Source of the DNA: a virus
Taxonomy: Duplodnaviria; Caudoviricetes
IMG/VR virus record: IMGVR_UViG_3300029305_003259
Span: 32,001-96,000 of that record
Reading direction: 5' to 3' (one strand)
Length of the DNA: 64,000 nucleotides
Shown here: positions 28,387 through 41,067 of the stretch, one piece after another
Position numbering within the stretch: the first letter of the stretch is position 1
Layout: each line of letters opens with the position of its first letter
Position numbers and translations under genes: made by a program
Notes under the pieces: generated by a model
The model's input: the letters and a program-made list of their open reading frames with translations, nothing else
Database searches by the model: none
Told to the model about the DNA's origin: nothing

Positions 28387-31300
28387 TTGAGAGAGTTTAA
28401 ATTTAGAATAACCACAGATATATCCGACCTTGAAGCACAATTTAAGGGCGGTGCAGATGCTCTGGCTAAAATGGCCAAAGCAGCTGGTCAGGCGGAAAAT
28501 AAATTAGATTTTTTAAAAGAAACAGGAACATATTTAGATCAAATTGATGCCGCACTTAGCGAATTAAAGACAAAATACCCAGATTTGTTTAATAAAATAT
28601 TTAATAATGTTGATAAACAGATAAAAGATGCTATCGCTCCAATTAAACAAATGACAAAAGAAATGGACACATTGTTTGCGCATGTTGGTGCGCAGCTACA
28701 AGGAATGTCAAGTGGTAAATTAGATGGTAGTAGAAAAGAAATTAATCAAATAATTGTTGGCATGAAGGCTCTTGCCAATGCATTAAATGTAAAGATTGAT
28801 TTTAAAGTTTTTGAAGATATGGTTAACAACGGAGATGAAGCAAAGGTCATAGCAAATTCTATGATTGGCAGCCTTGAAAAGATTGCTAGTGCATATACTG
28901 ACATTGGCAAAACATCTTTAGAAGCTTCAAAATCTATAGATAGTATTGGTAAAAATAAAACTATAAAGGACGCTGCCGAAGATGCCAAAACTCTTAATGC
29001 GGAGTTAAAAAATACCAAAAAGGCTGCTAAAGAAGCAAAAAAAGAAGTAGAGACTCCTGTAAAGCAAAAAGATAGTGGTTCTAAGCCACAGAACGCAATG
29101 AGTTATGACGATTTGCTGAAAGCTGTAAATAAAGCCAAAGATTTATCAAAAAAAATAGATGATGGCGATGATAGTGCGTTTGATAAAATGGACTCGCTTT
29201 TAGGCTCTTTGCAGAAAAAATTCAAGCTTAATGAAGATGGCGTTGCTAGATTTGAAGAGGCAATGCAAGATTTAGATATAACCACAGAAGAAACAATGCG
29301 AAAATTGCAGACTATACTTGGTGATAAATTTCCATCTGCAATCCAAGAAAGCAAAGAGGAAGTCAAAGAATTAACCAACGCTATAAATTCTGCGGATAAA
29401 GATTTAAACAATGTAAGCGTTGCTGAGGCTAATGCAAAAGCAACAGAAGAAGCGGCGGACGCTGCGCGAAGAATTGCCGATGAAACAGAAAGGGCTAAAA
29501 ATGCTGCCTTAAAATTAGACGAAGCATTAAAAGGAGCTGGAAAAAGAACAGAGGGCGCAATTCTTTACGATTCACAGACAGGAGCATATGGTGATGCTAT
29601 AAAAGGTGAAGACCATCAGGTAAAAATACCAACTTCTGATGGTAAAAAATATGATACAGAAATGCATACTCACCCTTGGGATTTTGCCGCTCCATCTGTC
29701 GAAGATTTTGATGTATGGATTAACAATTTCGATGAATTTAAAAAGTTTGCAATTCGTGCAAATAAAGAAATATTATCTATTGATTTTTCATCCATTGATG
29801 CTGATGGTTTAAAAAACATTAGAGACCAATATGCTGTAGCAGTTCAAAAGATAGAAGAAGAATTTGGTCAATATGCAACGGATATTAACGCGATGAATGG
29901 AAAATTTGGATCATATGATGGATGGCAAAATGCAGCACAACAAGCTATGCAAAATGCTCTGAAGAATATGCTTGATCCAAAAATGTTTTCAACTATCGAT
30001 TTCCAAAAAGTTGTCGAACAATCAGGGTCTACAAAGGCAACAGTGCCTCTATCTGAACAATATGCTGGAGCAAGTGAAGAGGTTAAAAGATTAGTTAATG
30101 AACTTGCAAAGCTTGACGATCTTGATGAAACAGACGAGATTGCTGCAAAGTGGAACCATTTAGCAGAAATTGCCCCAAATATTTATAAATCAATGCGCGG
30201 AGATGCATGGGAGAATTTAAAACAAGACATTCTTTCTAATACTTCTGCTGTTGAAAATTTAGGAGAAGAAATAGATGAGGCATTAACGCTAGAAACTGGT
30301 AATCTTGAGTCAAAATTGGAGAGACTAAAGGATCTTGCCGATGAATATGGCATGCAGATTACTCAGCGAGATCGTAATACTTTAGAATTTTTAATCGACC
30401 AGGATAATGAGAAAGAATTGACTGGCGCAAAAGCAGACAGACTTTCTGAATTGCAAGACAAAATTGATGCGGCAGATGATGCGTTAATTGCATTTGAAGA
30501 ACAATACGATAAAATAATTCTAAAACTTGAAAATGGCAAAAAGGTAGAAATTCTACCTAATGATAAAGGCCTTCGTGATTTATATAAATTCATGGATGAA
30601 GGCGACGGAAGAACTTTTAATGGTATTGATGTTGCCGATGTTGAATACGTCCGAGCAGAACAGTTTGTAAGAACACAAATTGAGTCATATGAAGAATTAT
30701 GTAAAGTTGTCGAAAGATATAATGAATTGCGTCATAAAAAGGACAGAACTTCAAAAGAAAACATTGAATTTCAATCACTTCTTGACCGTATTAGAGCAAC
30801 TGAGCCAGAAAACGGCATAACAAGTCCAGATTACGATAAACGATTAATAGAATTTACTAGAATATTTAAAGAGTGGCTTTTAAATACGGATTCTCTTGCA
30901 AAATATCTTGGCATTGAAATTCCGCAAGCAGCAGTGATTGCTGAATCTGCGGTTGAAAATCTTGGACAAGAAATTAAGGAATCTTTATCTCCAGAAGCCG
31001 TAGACTCTAAGTCTGTTATGAAACAATTCCAAGATATTTGGAAACTGAAAAACGACTTAAAATATGACCTTAATTATAATGCAAAATATATTGGCGATGA
31101 TGCTGCAGTAAGCGAAGCAAAACAACAAGTTGCCGAATATGATGAAAGACTAAAACAACTTGCCGTATCTTATGTTAGCCTTGGTGGCGCAGTTGATGAT
31201 TTTAAATCTAAGGAAAAACGTGAGTTTGCAGCGGATGTTGTTAACAATTTAAACGAGCAAAATCAGCAGGCAGAAAGTCAACTCGAAGAAACAAATCAAA

Positions 31301-34300
31301 AGTTAAGAGAGCAAGAAGATCTTTATCAACAGGTTCGCACTGCAATTAAAGGCACTTTAGAAGAAGTTGTAGGTATGGATTATACCGCAGTTGCTCTTGA
31401 AGACATCGAAAGAGAAATCAAAGATGGTCTAATTACTACTCTTGAAGAAGCCATTATTCGTTTTAAAGAAATGAATAATATAGCCGACGATGTTCGTATT
31501 GCCGCTGTAGGTGAATATCAACGTGTAGCTGATAGCTGGGATTATTATCAAGGAAATAGATATGTTGATGAAGATAATGAAACCGTTGTTAATAAAAACG
31601 AATATGACTCTTTAAAGCAAAAATCATCAGGTGAAGATATTGGACAAGAGTATAAAGATTTAGAAGCTTTACGTAAAAAGGTTGAAGAAGTAGAAGCTGC
31701 TATTATAAATAAAACATTAGCGTTTCATCAAGAGGCGGACGCTGTAGAGGTTAATGTAAGAGATGAAATTGATAGGCTCGAGTTGCTGCGTATTGCAATT
31801 ACTCAAGTGGAACAAGCAATCAAAGATAAAACTGCAGCATTCTATAAAGAACGTGATGCGGTTGAGTTCAATGTTGAAGACGAAATATATCAACTTGAAA
31901 AGCTACGCAAGAAGCTTGAAGAGGTTGCTGGACAGGTACAATTAGTTGGCAAAATTAATTTGGGCGCCGATGGTTCAGGAGAAATAAATTCTCATATGCT
32001 GACTGATCCACAGGGAAACATCGTAGAGGGATTTAGAGGTCTGCATGGATCTTATGGCGGACTCACTTCTAGTAGGCCGGATGGTGCTACATTTTTTACA
32101 GATAATATAGATGTTGCCAGGTCTTACGCTGGAATTAATGGTAAAATTGAAAAATCTAACTTTTCAATGCGCAATCCATTTGAAATAGACGCAAATGGGG
32201 CCTTTTATGATGAAATTGAATATTTAGGCAATGGCGCAGACGAAGCAAGTAATAAAGTTATAGATTTAACTAATGCAATCATAGGGTTGGAATTTAGGTT
32301 ACAATCATTAGATGAATACGATTTACATTCAGATGATCTTCAAAATGAAATTAAAAAAATAAACGAAGAAATAGAATCTTTATTGATTGAGCGTCAAAAA
32401 ATATTTAATGATAAATCAAACCCTTATGGGATCTATTCTACAGATGAATTAGTTGATTTGGCAAAGTCTAAAGGACATGACGGTATGGTAATAAAAAATC
32501 TTCGCGATGTCGTTGATGATGGTCGTACCGATCCTATTCCGTCTACGATAATTGTTACTTTTGATGATAGTCAGATACAATACCTTGAAACAATTGCTAG
32601 TTTTGAAAATGGCAACAATAATATTTCCACTCCTCTTGAAGGCGAAGACCTTAAAGGCGAACAACTTGGCATGGATCTCGATGCCGCCGTACAAGATGCT
32701 AAAGAGTTAGCTGCGGCTGAAGAAAAGGTTGAGGCCGCAGTAGAGCAAATAAATGATACACTTGATGAACAAATATATAAAAGGAAGCAATTGCTTGAAG
32801 CATCGGATACACAAAAATATGTAGACCTTTTGAATGAGCGTAGTAAAAATCTTCCAAAAGATTCTATTGGTTATGGACATAAAGAAAAGATTGAAACCGT
32901 AGCTAATAGCAATATGCTAAAAATTTTTAATTCTTTAAAAAAACAAAATGGTTCTATGAGTTTTATTGGGGATAGCGATGAAACTCGAATTAGGTTATCT
33001 TCAATAAAAGAAATGTTGGAACAAATAGGTTATACTCTTTCTGAACCAGTATTTAATAAAAAGAACGGCTTATTATCTACTCAAATTATACCTATAGATG
33101 GCCAAGCCGTAACAGATTTAGAGAAAGCTAATCAAATTCTAAAAGATATTTTTATAAATAATACTAGAACATTTCAAAGTGCAGATGAACTTACTGCTGA
33201 GGCACAAAAGGCAAATGAGCGTGTGATAGCAGAAGAAAAGGCCGAAGCAGCCGTAGAACAAACTAATGATGCTCTTGATGAACAGATTGCTAAAGAATCT
33301 GAATTAATTAAACAAAAAGGAACATTAAATTTCTTAGAAAATGAAGCAAAAGAACATTCTAAGATTGCTAGTACCAAGTGGTCTGATGATCAAAAAGAAG
33401 CATATGAACAGCTTATAGCTAAGATTCAGGAATATAAGAAGTCTAAGAGCAAGTTAACAGATGAAGAGCTAAATAGCATTAGAAAGATCGTAAATGGGTA
33501 TAAGATTCAGGCGCAAACCATTATTAATGCACAGGAATCCGCAGAAAAGCGCTCTAAGGCGTTTGGATTAAAGGAGCTTAATAAGGCTACTGGTAGTAAA
33601 AATAATCTCGAAGCATTAGGTAGAGGGTTTGATTCTAAGACCGTAAAAGATGGGCTCGAGAGCGTTCGTCATGCATATACGGCTTTGGTTGAAGCTCAAC
33701 AGAAGTTCAATGATGGTCATGAGCCTACCGAAGATGAGAGAATTGCGTACCAGCAATTAACAAATGAATATAATCAGGCTGCGAAAGCTCTTGATACTTT
33801 ATTTAAGGCATCAAAAAAGATGTCTGAGAATAGTCGTTGGTCTGTTGATATTGACCAATCAGAATTAGACAATCTTGAGAAGTCAATGCAGAAGGCTATT
33901 CAAGCATCCGAAAATGGTAGAGTAAAGTTTGGACAGTTTAATGCTGAAACTGGACAACTTGAATATTCTGTTCGTAGAGCAAATGGTACTTGGGATCATT
34001 TTACTGCTCAGGTCGATCAAGCTGGAATGGCCGTCGTTGGTCTGAATGGCAAGATTAAGACGACCAATGGAATAATCAGAGAATTTACTGCTGGTGTTGC
34101 CACTAAGTTCAAGAATGCTATGCAAGTATTCTCAGGTTATGACCTATTCTTTGAAGCCGTAGCACAAGTAAAGCAAGGTATTCAGTATGTAAGAGATATT
34201 GATACGGCTTTAACGGAACTTAAAAAGGTAACTAATGAAACAGATGAAGCATATGCACAATTTTTGCAGACTGCTTCTAAGACGGCTGGAGTCGTTGGTA

Positions 34301-37300
34301 GTACTGTAAAAGATATTACTACAATGACTGCCGATTGGGCAAGACTCGGATATTCTATGCAAGAAGCTTCTTCTCTTGCAGAAAGTACCGCTGTCTTATT
34401 AAATGTTTCAGAGTTCACTGATGCGACAGATGCATCAGAGGCACTAATTAGTACCATCCAGGCATATGGATATGCTGCTGATGAGAGTGGCATTGTTGTC
34501 GATACATTAAACGAGGTAGGTAACAATTTTGCCGTATCGAGCGATGGATTAGCGACAGCATTACAAACATCTGCAAGCGCTCTAATGTCTGCAGGCAACG
34601 ACCTGAACCAATCAGTCGCACTCGTTGCCGCAGCTAACAAGGTTCTACAAGACCCATCTCAAGCAGGCGCAGCTCTCCGTACTATTGCTCTACGTATCCG
34701 AGGAACTTCACTTAAAGTTCTCGAAGAAATGGGCGAAGAAACTGACGGCGTAATTGAAAGCGTCAGTAAGCTACAAGAAAAAGTTAAAGCAATCAGTGGA
34801 GTAGATATCCTTGATGATACTGGCGCATATCGTGATACATATGATGTACTTAAAGATTTAGCAGAAGTCTGGGAAGAAATAGGTCAAAAGGATCCTCGTG
34901 GACAGGCTGCGCTTCTCGAACTATTAGCCGGTAAGAACAGATCAAATGCTCTTGCAGCAATTCTAACAAACTTAGATGACTTAGAGGGTGCATATGATGC
35001 CGCATTACAGGCAGAAGGTTCTGCACAAAAAGAGTTAAATACTTATTTGGATTCTATTGAAGGGCGAGTATCAATATTCACAAATTCAGTCCAAACAATG
35101 TGGATGAATGCTATGAATACTGAGGCAATAAAATGGTTTGTAGATAAAGGCACGCAGCTTGTGCAAATATTTGATGCCATTAACCAAAATAATCCTATTG
35201 GTATTTTTGGTGGACTAGCTACTGTTGGAGGACTTTTATTTGGCGCATGGAAAGGAATACCAGCTCTATGGACTGCCGTTGGAGCAGCATCTAAAGCAAA
35301 AATTGCTGGCATAGTTGGCGAAACTGCAGCAATTCAAGAATTAAACGTACAACAAGGAATTGCTAATCTAAATGCATCAACCGCAATTACTTCTGACATA
35401 AAACAAGCAGCAATGTCTGCTATTTTGACAGGGGAAACAGGCAAGGAAACAATTGCAACAAATCTTAATACTAAAGCTGCAATTTTAAATGCTTTAGAGA
35501 AAAAAGGAATAGTTGGTGCTGATGCAGAAGCGATACTTTCTGCTTTTGGGCTATCGGCCGCAAATACTACTCTGACTGGCACGTTTACCATATTAACGGC
35601 ATCTGTTAAAAAATTATGGGCAGCATTTTTAGCAAGTCCACTTATGCCCATTGTTGCCGGTCTTGCAGTATTAGGAGCCAGCTTATGGGCAATAGATGCA
35701 GCAACCACGTCTTTCAAGGAAGCCAAAGAACAATTGGAAGAAACTTCTGAAGAATTAAATAATGTTCAGGAAAACATTAAATCTTTAAATCAAGAACTAG
35801 AAACAACAAAGAATCGTATCGATGAATTGTCTAAAAAAGATGATCTTACTTTCTTGGAAAAGGAAGAGCTCAAAAATCTAAAAACATACAATGCTGAGCT
35901 TGACCGTCAAATTGCTCTGGAAGAACAAAGAAAGAAAATTCTTGAAAGACAACAGATTTCCGATGCTCTTGAAACATTCAAAAAAGATGACTCTTTTAAA
36001 AAGATTACTTATTCTGAAACTGATGAAAATGGCGTTATAACCGGAGTAGTCAATGAGTTGGCCCCAGAAGTAGACCGCAAACTAGAAGACATAAAAGAGG
36101 CACAACAAGGTCTAGAAACTGCAAGAGCCGAACTTGAGTCTGCAAATGAAAAATATTTATCTAATGATGATAAAGAATCTAAGAAGGCCGTAGAAAAGGC
36201 ACAAAAGAGCGTTGATGAGTATACGGATATTATTAGAGAATCTGAAAATGATATTAATGAAATTTTAGCAGAACGCGCAGAAACGTATGGAAATCTTGAA
36301 TGGCAATTTGGAGATCCCGATCAATTAACTAATGATCAAAAAGAATTAAATGCATTTTTAAAACAAATGTATGATGATTCAGATAGATTTGCTATATCTA
36401 TGGATAGTACGGGGAAAGCTCTGGAAGCGGCATTTTCTCGTGTATCTGGTCAAACTGAATTCAATGATAACTTAAAAGATATTCAAGCAAATGTTGGAAT
36501 TACAGGCGAGCAACTTCTTGAGATGTGGGAGAATGCTACCCCTGAAACTGAAGACCCGTATGGTTTACGTGCATTTATTCAGAATCTAATTGACGCTGGA
36601 GTTATTGCTGATACTTCTGCTGAATCTATGCAGAAGGTTGTCGATATGTCCATCATGTTAAGCGATGGAACCAGTGAGATGGAGCGTGCAAACAAGAAAC
36701 TTGCTCGTTCTCAGAAGAGACTTGAATATTATAATCTAGCAAAAAAATTAAATAGTTATACGGATGGAATTGAAGATTTAACCGATGCACAAAAAGATGA
36801 GATTTCTCAAATCAGAACCAAAATGAGTGCGTTGGCCGTAGAGATCGATGCTTATGATATTCTTGGTGCTAAGATTTCCGAAGTCAAACAATCTTTTGAG
36901 GAGTTCTCTCAGGCACAAGAGGCCGATACTGCAAGTGACTTTACCGATGACATTTCAACAATGCTTCAAACAATCGTTGAGGGTTATCAAAGTGCGGAAA
37001 TGGGCTCTGAAGCATTTAAGTCTGCATTTACATCATTAATTCCAGATAGTGTATATGAAGACATTGATACTCTTCAAGGAAAATATGAAGCTGCTGCAGC
37101 ATATATTAGAGACACTTTAAGTGATTACTTCAAGATAGAATATGATGACGATGGCTTAATTAGCAGCATTGAAGTAACCACTAAAAACATTCAGAACTTT
37201 ATCGAAGATGCCAAGGCCAAGGGCCTAATGAATTTCGCCAATGGTGTTTGGCAAGTAAATGAAACCGACTTTGAAACATTTGCTGAGAAGATGGGCATTA

Positions 37301-40300
37301 CTGAGGAAATGCTCGTTGCTCTTGGTGAACAAATGGATAAAGTTGATGCTGACTGGATAACCGGAGACCTTACCAGCTTCTTTGACTCGTTTGAGATGGG
37401 CACTGAAGCAGAAATTTATAAAAATGTTCAGGCTTTGGCTGCTCTAGATGGTCAACTTATTGATGGCGAAATTACACTTGATGAATATACTGCGGCATAC
37501 AAAGAATATACGAGTGCAATAGAATCAAATACAGATGATGCAATTGCAAATATTCAAAAGTATAATGACGCAACCATAAATGTTGATGATATTACTGCGC
37601 AATTAGATGAGGCTCAGAAAAAGTTAAGCGAATTAACATCGAATCCAAATGCCGATGAAGCAGAGATACAAATTCAAACAACAGAAGTAGATAATTTAAT
37701 AACTAAACTAGGCGAGGCAATTCAGGAAAAGGGTAAACTTACAGCTCCTAGTTTAATTGAAATTCAATTTGCTCAAGATTCGATTGATACACAAATAGCC
37801 GGCGTACAGCGGCAACTGATTGATGCGAATATTTCCTTCCCGGCAATGATAGACGGAAAATTAAATCTAGAAGAAAATGGCTCAATCATTGAAAAGGATG
37901 GTAAATATGTAGTCAATACTGAGCTGGAAGGTTTGGAAGAATCTGAGCTTGCGTTATTACAAGAATATGCAGATCTTGCGAATACTCAAGGTGTCATTAA
38001 TGTTTATGTGAAATCTTCCGAAGATACCCAAAAGAAAGTCGATGATTTAAAGAAAACTGCGGAAGATACTCAAAAAATTCTAGAAAATCTATCCGTTGAA
38101 GTTGAAGCTGCTCAAGCAATTTCAACTTTGAAAGAAATAAAAACATTAGCTGATTCTCTCAAAGATAAAGAAATTAATGTAACAACATATACTGAAACCG
38201 TTGATAAAGGTACAAGAAAAGAAACATTTTGGGAAAAATTATGGCCATTTGCAAAAGGCACTGCTTATTCAGATGGCAACTGGGGAGCTGGAGTAAGTAC
38301 TAATAAAGCTCTTGTTGGAGAACTAGGCCCAGAGTTGCGTGTACGTAATGGTAAGTACGAACTTATTGGAGAAAATGGCGCTGAATTTACCGACGTAAGA
38401 CCTAATGACATAATCTTTAACCATAAGCAAACTGAAGAAATTTTAAAGAATGGCCATATTAGTTCTCGCGGCAAAGCTTATGTTGAAGGTAAAGCATTTG
38501 CAGGGACTAGCGGAACTATGTATACTGGCGGCGCAATTGCATCTCAATTTGGCGGCGAAGTTCCGAATTGGTTCCCTCGTAATAGTACATTACAAAATCT
38601 TGGGCATATTGTTGAAGATGCATCTAAGGATGCCAAAGATGAATTTGATGAAATTATTGATTGGTTCGAAATCCTAACAGAAGAAATTGAGCATCAAATC
38701 TCTGTTATGGAAGCTCAACTTGATAATGCGGTTGGCGTTCAAGAAAAGTCAGGCATTTATGCAGGTCTTGCAGTCCTTGAAAAGAATAAAATGTCTGCAT
38801 TTACAAAGGGGATCGACTTATATACTAAAGAAGCAAATAGATTCTTAAGTCAAATTCCTGATAAGTATAAAGCTATGGCTAAAGATGGTAGCGTTGCGAT
38901 TACAGAATTTGTTGGAGAAGCTAATGAATCTACTGTAGAAGCAATCAACAACTATCGTGAGTATGCAAGCAAAGTAGATGATTTACAACTTCAATTAATA
39001 GAGACAGAGACTCGCATTTCTAACCTCAGAGTAGAAAAGTTGCAAATGATTTCTGAGGAATATGAAAATCAAATTAGTCTTGTAGAACATCTAAATAGCA
39101 AAATCCAATCCCAGATTGACTTGCTAGAGGAACAAGGTGAACGAGTATCCAAGCATTATTATGAAGCCATGATTAAGAATACTGAGAACCAAATTAATCT
39201 TATGAAGGCTCAGAAAAATGCAATGCAGGCGGAGCTTAATAGTGCTGTATCTAGCGGAGATGTTGAATACGGTTCAACTGATTGGTATGAGATGCAAGGC
39301 GCTATTAATGATGTTGAGACTAGTATTCTTGATGCAACGGTCAGTATTGAATCTTTCAATAACGCTATTCGTGACCTACACTGGCAAGAATTTGACCGCA
39401 TTGTTGAAGCCGTATCTAATCTAGCAGATGAATCAGCAAACCTTCGTGAACTTCTTGGTGAAGATTCCGACATGGTTGATGAACTTGGCGAGTGGACTGC
39501 CGAAGGCGTTACTTCTATCGGTCTATTGGCCCAAGAGATGGAAAATGCTGAGTATCGTGCAAAACTATATGCCGATGAAATTAAATGGCTAAATGAGAAC
39601 TGGAAAAAAGAAGGCTATAGTTTAGATGAGTACAACGAGAAACTACAAGAATTAAAAGATGGTCAATGGGATTCTATCGAAGCATATGAAGCCGCAAAAG
39701 ATGCTATTCTTGACCTCAATGAAGTTCGTGTCGATGCAATCAAGGAAGGTATCCAGAAAGAAATTGATGCCTATGAAGAACTAATTGAAAAGCAAAAAGA
39801 ATCTTTACAGGCACGCAAAGACGAACATGATTGGGCCAATACCATTGAAGAGCATACAGATGAAATAGGTTCTATCCAACGTCGTATCGATGCGCTTAAT
39901 GGTGACACATCTGCATCCGCTGCAGCACAGCGCAAACAACTGCAAGAAGAATTAGCTGAAGCAGAAGAAAAACTAAGAGAAACTTACTATGACCATGAAA
40001 TTGAAACTCAGCAAGAAGCTCTTGATAAAGAACTTGAAATGTATCGTGAGAATAAAGAGGATGAGATGGCAACATGGGACGAGTATCTCACTCACGAACA
40101 ACAAGTGCTTCTCGATAGCTTTAATACTGTTAAGACAAATACGGAATTAATTCATAGTACAATTCTTGATACTGCTACAAGATATGGTATTGAAATTACA
40201 AAGAATATCACCGAGCCTTGGAAGCAAGGTCAAAATGCCGTAGCGTCTTATAGTACTGATTTTGACAACGCAACGAGTCATTATATCTCTCAACTTGGTC

Positions 40301-41022
40301 TTGTTAAGCAAAATCTTATTGATTTGCAGACTCAGGCAGATGCGACTGCAAAAGCATTAGCTGCTGCACTTAATCAAAAATCAAATTATGTTCCAAGTGC
40401 TACGCCTTCTGCGCCAGCTGGGAACAATAAGCCTTCTAGCAATACTGGAAGTCAACCAGCCAATTCCTCAAAATCAGGAACCGAAAATTACACGGTTAAA
40501 TCTGGAGATAACCTTTGGAATATTGCTAAAAAAGAACTGGGAGACGGCACTAGATGGAAAGAAATTTATGATTTGAATAAAGATAAAATTAGTAATCCTA
40601 ATCTTATTTATAAAGATCAGAAATTAGAAATTCCAAAATATGCAAAGGGCACTACAGGTGTTAAGACTGATGAGTTAGCATGGATTGATGAAAACGGGCT
40701 AGAAGAAATTGTTATGCATGCTCAGGGTGGTAAGCTTTCTTATTTAACCAAGGGTAGCGCCGTTATTCCTCATGATATTAGCGAAAATCTAATTGAATTA
40801 GGAAAAGTTGATCCGAAGACTTGGATAGATAAGAATAGGCCCAATACTACTCCTGCCAATATTATTGCCCAAAATAATAATATTGAACTTAGTGTTGGGA
40901 AACTAATTCATATTGAACATGCAGATAAGGATTCTATCCCAGAGATTCAAGCTGCTGTTCAGAAACAACTGGACTCTTATATGAAAAACTTAAATGCCGG
41001 TATAAAGAAATATGCTAGATAA
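28387..41022 (+). CDS. Giant tape measure protein (4211 aa) with N-terminal JAB and ART-like domains, TP901-type TMP core, hydrophobic segments and LysM
   Basis: [13 protein letters not shown]...[11 protein letters not shown]...G.ALRTI..R core at ~34190-35100; hydrophobic stretches ~35190-35700; Lys[13 protein letters not shown]...NPNLIY..QKL.IP at ~40489-40635; followed by Dit/Tal. Confidence 0.92.
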   Translation: MREFKFRITTDISDLEAQFKGGADALAKMAKAAGQAENKLDFLKETGTYLDQIDAALSELKTKYPDLFNKIFNNVDKQIKDAIAPIKQMTKEMDTLFAHVGAQLQGMSSGKLDGSRKEINQIIVGMKALANALNVKIDFKVFEDMVNNGDEAKVIANSMIGSLEKIASAYTDIGKTSLEASKSIDSIGKNKTIKDAAEDAKTLNAELKNTKKAAKEAKKEVETPVKQKDSGSKPQNAMSYDDLLKAVNKAKDLSKKIDDGDDSAFDKMDSLLGSLQKKFKLNEDGVARFEEAMQDLDITTEETMRKLQTILGDKFPSAIQESKEEVKELTNAINSADKDLNNVSVAEANAKATEEAADAARRIADETERAKNAALKLDEALKGAGKRTEGAILYDSQTGAYGDAIKGEDHQVKIPTSDGKKYDTEMHTHPWDFAAPSVEDFDVWINNFDEFKKFAIRANKEILSIDFSSIDADGLKNIRDQYAVAVQKIEEEFGQYATDINAMNGKFGSYDGWQNAAQQAMQNALKNMLDPKMFSTIDFQKVVEQSGSTKATVPLSEQYAGASEEVKRLVNELAKLDDLDETDEIAAKWNHLAEIAPNIYKSMRGDAWENLKQDILSNTSAVENLGEEIDEALTLETGNLESKLERLKDLADEYGMQITQRDRNTLEFLIDQDNEKELTGAKADRLSELQDKIDAADDALIAFEEQYDKIILKLENGKKVEILPNDKGLRDLYKFMDEGDGRTFNGIDVADVEYVRAEQFVRTQIESYEELCKVVERYNELRHKKDRTSKENIEFQSLLDRIRATEPENGITSPDYDKRLIEFTRIFKEWLLNTDSLAKYLGIEIPQAAVIAESAVENLGQEIKESLSPEAVDSKSVMKQFQDIWKLKNDLKYDLNYNAKYIGDDAAVSEAKQQVAEYDERLKQLAVSYVSLGGAVDDFKSKEKREFAADVVNNLNEQNQQAESQLEETNQKLREQEDLYQQVRTAIKGTLEEVVGMDYTAVALEDIEREIKDGLITTLEEAIIRFKEMNNIADDVRIAAVGEYQRVADSWDYYQGNRYVDEDNETVVNKNEYDSLKQKSSGEDIGQEYKDLEALRKKVEEVEAAIINKTLAFHQEADAVEVNVRDEIDRLELLRIAITQVEQAIKDKTAAFYKERDAVEFNVEDEIYQLEKLRKKLEEVAGQVQLVGKINLGADGSGEINSHMLTDPQGNIVEGFRGLHGSYGGLTSSRPDGATFFTDNIDVARSYAGINGKIEKSNFSMRNPFEIDANGAFYDEIEYLGNGADEASNKVIDLTNAIIGLEFRLQSLDEYDLHSDDLQNEIKKINEEIESLLIERQKIFNDKSNPYGIYSTDELVDLAKSKGHDGMVIKNLRDVVDDGRTDPIPSTIIVTFDDSQIQYLETIASFENGNNNISTPLEGEDLKGEQLGMDLDAAVQDAKELAAAEEKVEAAVEQINDTLDEQIYKRKQLLEASDTQKYVDLLNERSKNLPKDSIGYGHKEKIETVANSNMLKIFNSLKKQNGSMSFIGDSDETRIRLSSIKEMLEQIGYTLSEPVFNKKNGLLSTQIIPIDGQAVTDLEKANQILKDIFINNTRTFQSADELTAEAQKANERVIAEEKAEAAVEQTNDALDEQIAKESELIKQKGTLNFLENEAKEHSKIASTKWSDDQKEAYEQLIAKIQEYKKSKSKLTDEELNSIRKIVNGYKIQAQTIINAQESAEKRSKAFGLKELNKATGSKNNLEALGRGFDSKTVKDGLESVRHAYTALVEAQQKFNDGHEPTEDERIAYQQLTNEYNQAAKALDTLFKASKKMSENSRWSVDIDQSELDNLEKSMQKAIQASENGRVKFGQFNAETGQLEYSVRRANGTWDHFTAQVDQAGMAVVGLNGKIKTTNGIIREFTAGVATKFKNAMQVFSGYDLFFEAVAQVKQGIQYVRDIDTALTELKKVTNETDEAYAQFLQTASKTAGVVGSTVKDITTMTADWARLGYSMQEASSLAESTAVLLNVSEFTDATDASEALISTIQAYGYAADESGIVVDTLNEVGNNFAVSSDGLATALQTSASALMSAGNDLNQSVALVAAANKVLQDPSQAGAALRTIALRIRGTSLKVLEEMGEETDGVIESVSKLQEKVKAISGVDILDDTGAYRDTYDVLKDLAEVWEEIGQKDPRGQAALLELLAGKNRSNALAAILTNLDDLEGAYDAALQAEGSAQKELNTYLDSIEGRVSIFTNSVQTMWMNAMNTEAIKWFVDKGTQLVQIFDAINQNNPIGIFGGLATVGGLLFGAWKGIPALWTAVGAASKAKIAGIVGETAAIQELNVQQGIANLNASTAITSDIKQAAMSAILTGETGKETIATNLNTKAAILNALEKKGIVGADAEAILSAFGLSAANTTLTGTFTILTASVKKLWAAFLASPLMPIVAGLAVLGASLWAIDAATTSFKEAKEQLEETSEELNNVQENIKSLNQELETTKNRIDELSKKDDLTFLEKEELKNLKTYNAELDRQIALEEQRKKILERQQISDALETFKKDDSFKKITYSETDENGVITGVVNELAPEVDRKLEDIKEAQQGLETARAELESANEKYLSNDDKESKKAVEKAQKSVDEYTDIIRESENDINEILAERAETYGNLEWQFGDPDQLTNDQKELNAFLKQMYDDSDRFAISMDSTGKALEAAFSRVSGQTEFNDNLKDIQANVGITGEQLLEMWENATPETEDPYGLRAFIQNLIDAGVIADTSAESMQKVVDMSIMLSDGTSEMERANKKLARSQKRLEYYNLAKKLNSYTDGIEDLTDAQKDEISQIRTKMSALAVEIDAYDILGAKISEVKQSFEEFSQAQEADTASDFTDDISTMLQTIVEGYQSAEMGSEAFKSAFTSLIPDSVYEDIDTLQGKYEAAAAYIRDTLSDYFKIEYDDDGLISSIEVTTKNIQNFIEDAKAKGLMNFANGVWQVNETDFETFAEKMGITEEMLVALGEQMDKVDADWITGDLTSFFDSFEMGTEAEIYKNVQALAALDGQLIDGEITLDEYTAAYKEYTSAIESNTDDAIANIQKYNDATINVDDITAQLDEAQKKLSELTSNPNADEAEIQIQTTEVDNLITKLGEAIQEKGKLTAPSLIEIQFAQDSIDTQIAGVQRQLIDANISFPAMIDGKLNLEENGSIIEKDGKYVVNTELEGLEESELALLQEYADLANTQGVINVYVKSSEDTQKKVDDLKKTAEDTQKILENLSVEVEAAQAISTLKEIKTLADSLKDKEINVTTYTETVDKGTRKETFWEKLWPFAKGTAYSDGNWGAGVSTNKALVGELGPELRVRNGKYELIGENGAEFTDVRPNDIIFNHKQTEEILKNGHISSRGKAYVEGKAFAGTSGTMYTGGAIASQFGGEVPNWFPRNSTLQNLGHIVEDASKDAKDEFDEIIDWFEILTEEIEHQISVMEAQLDNAVGVQEKSGIYAGLAVLEKNKMSAFTKGIDLYTKEANRFLSQIPDKYKAMAKDGSVAITEFVGEANESTVEAINNYREYASKVDDLQLQLIETETRISNLRVEKLQMISEEYENQISLVEHLNSKIQSQIDLLEEQGERVSKHYYEAMIKNTENQINLMKAQKNAMQAELNSAVSSGDVEYGSTDWYEMQGAINDVETSILDATVSIESFNNAIRDLHWQEFDRIVEAVSNLADESANLRELLGEDSDMVDELGEWTAEGVTSIGLLAQEMENAEYRAKLYADEIKWLNENWKKEGYSLDEYNEKLQELKDGQWDSIEAYEAAKDAILDLNEVRVDAIKEGIQKEIDAYEELIEKQKESLQARKDEHDWANTIEEHTDEIGSIQRRIDALNGDTSASAAAQRKQLQEELAEAEEKLRETYYDHEIETQQEALDKELEMYRENKEDEMATWDEYLTHEQQVLLDSFNTVKTNTELIHSTILDTATRYGIEITKNITEPWKQGQNAVASYSTDFDNATSHYISQLGLVKQNLIDLQTQADATAKALAAALNQKSNYVPSATPSAPAGNNKPSSNTGSQPANSSKSGTENYTVKSGDNLWNIAKKELGDGTRWKEIYDLNKDKISNPNLIYKDQKLEIPKYAKGTTGVKTDELAWIDENGLEEIVMHAQGGKLSYLTKGSAVIPHDISENLIELGKVDPKTWIDKNRPNTTPANIIAQNNNIELSVGKLIHIEHADKDSIPEIQAAVQKQLDSYMKNLNAGIKKYAR

Positions 41023-41027
41023 ATTAT

Positions 41028-41054
41028 GGGTGGGCGTTATCGCCCACCCTTCTT
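41028..41054 (+). terminator. Hairpin/terminator after TMP
   Basis: GGGTGGGCG-TTAT-CGCCCACCC followed by TTCTT. Confidence 0.6.
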
Positions 41055-41067
41055 ATAAGGAGGTGTA

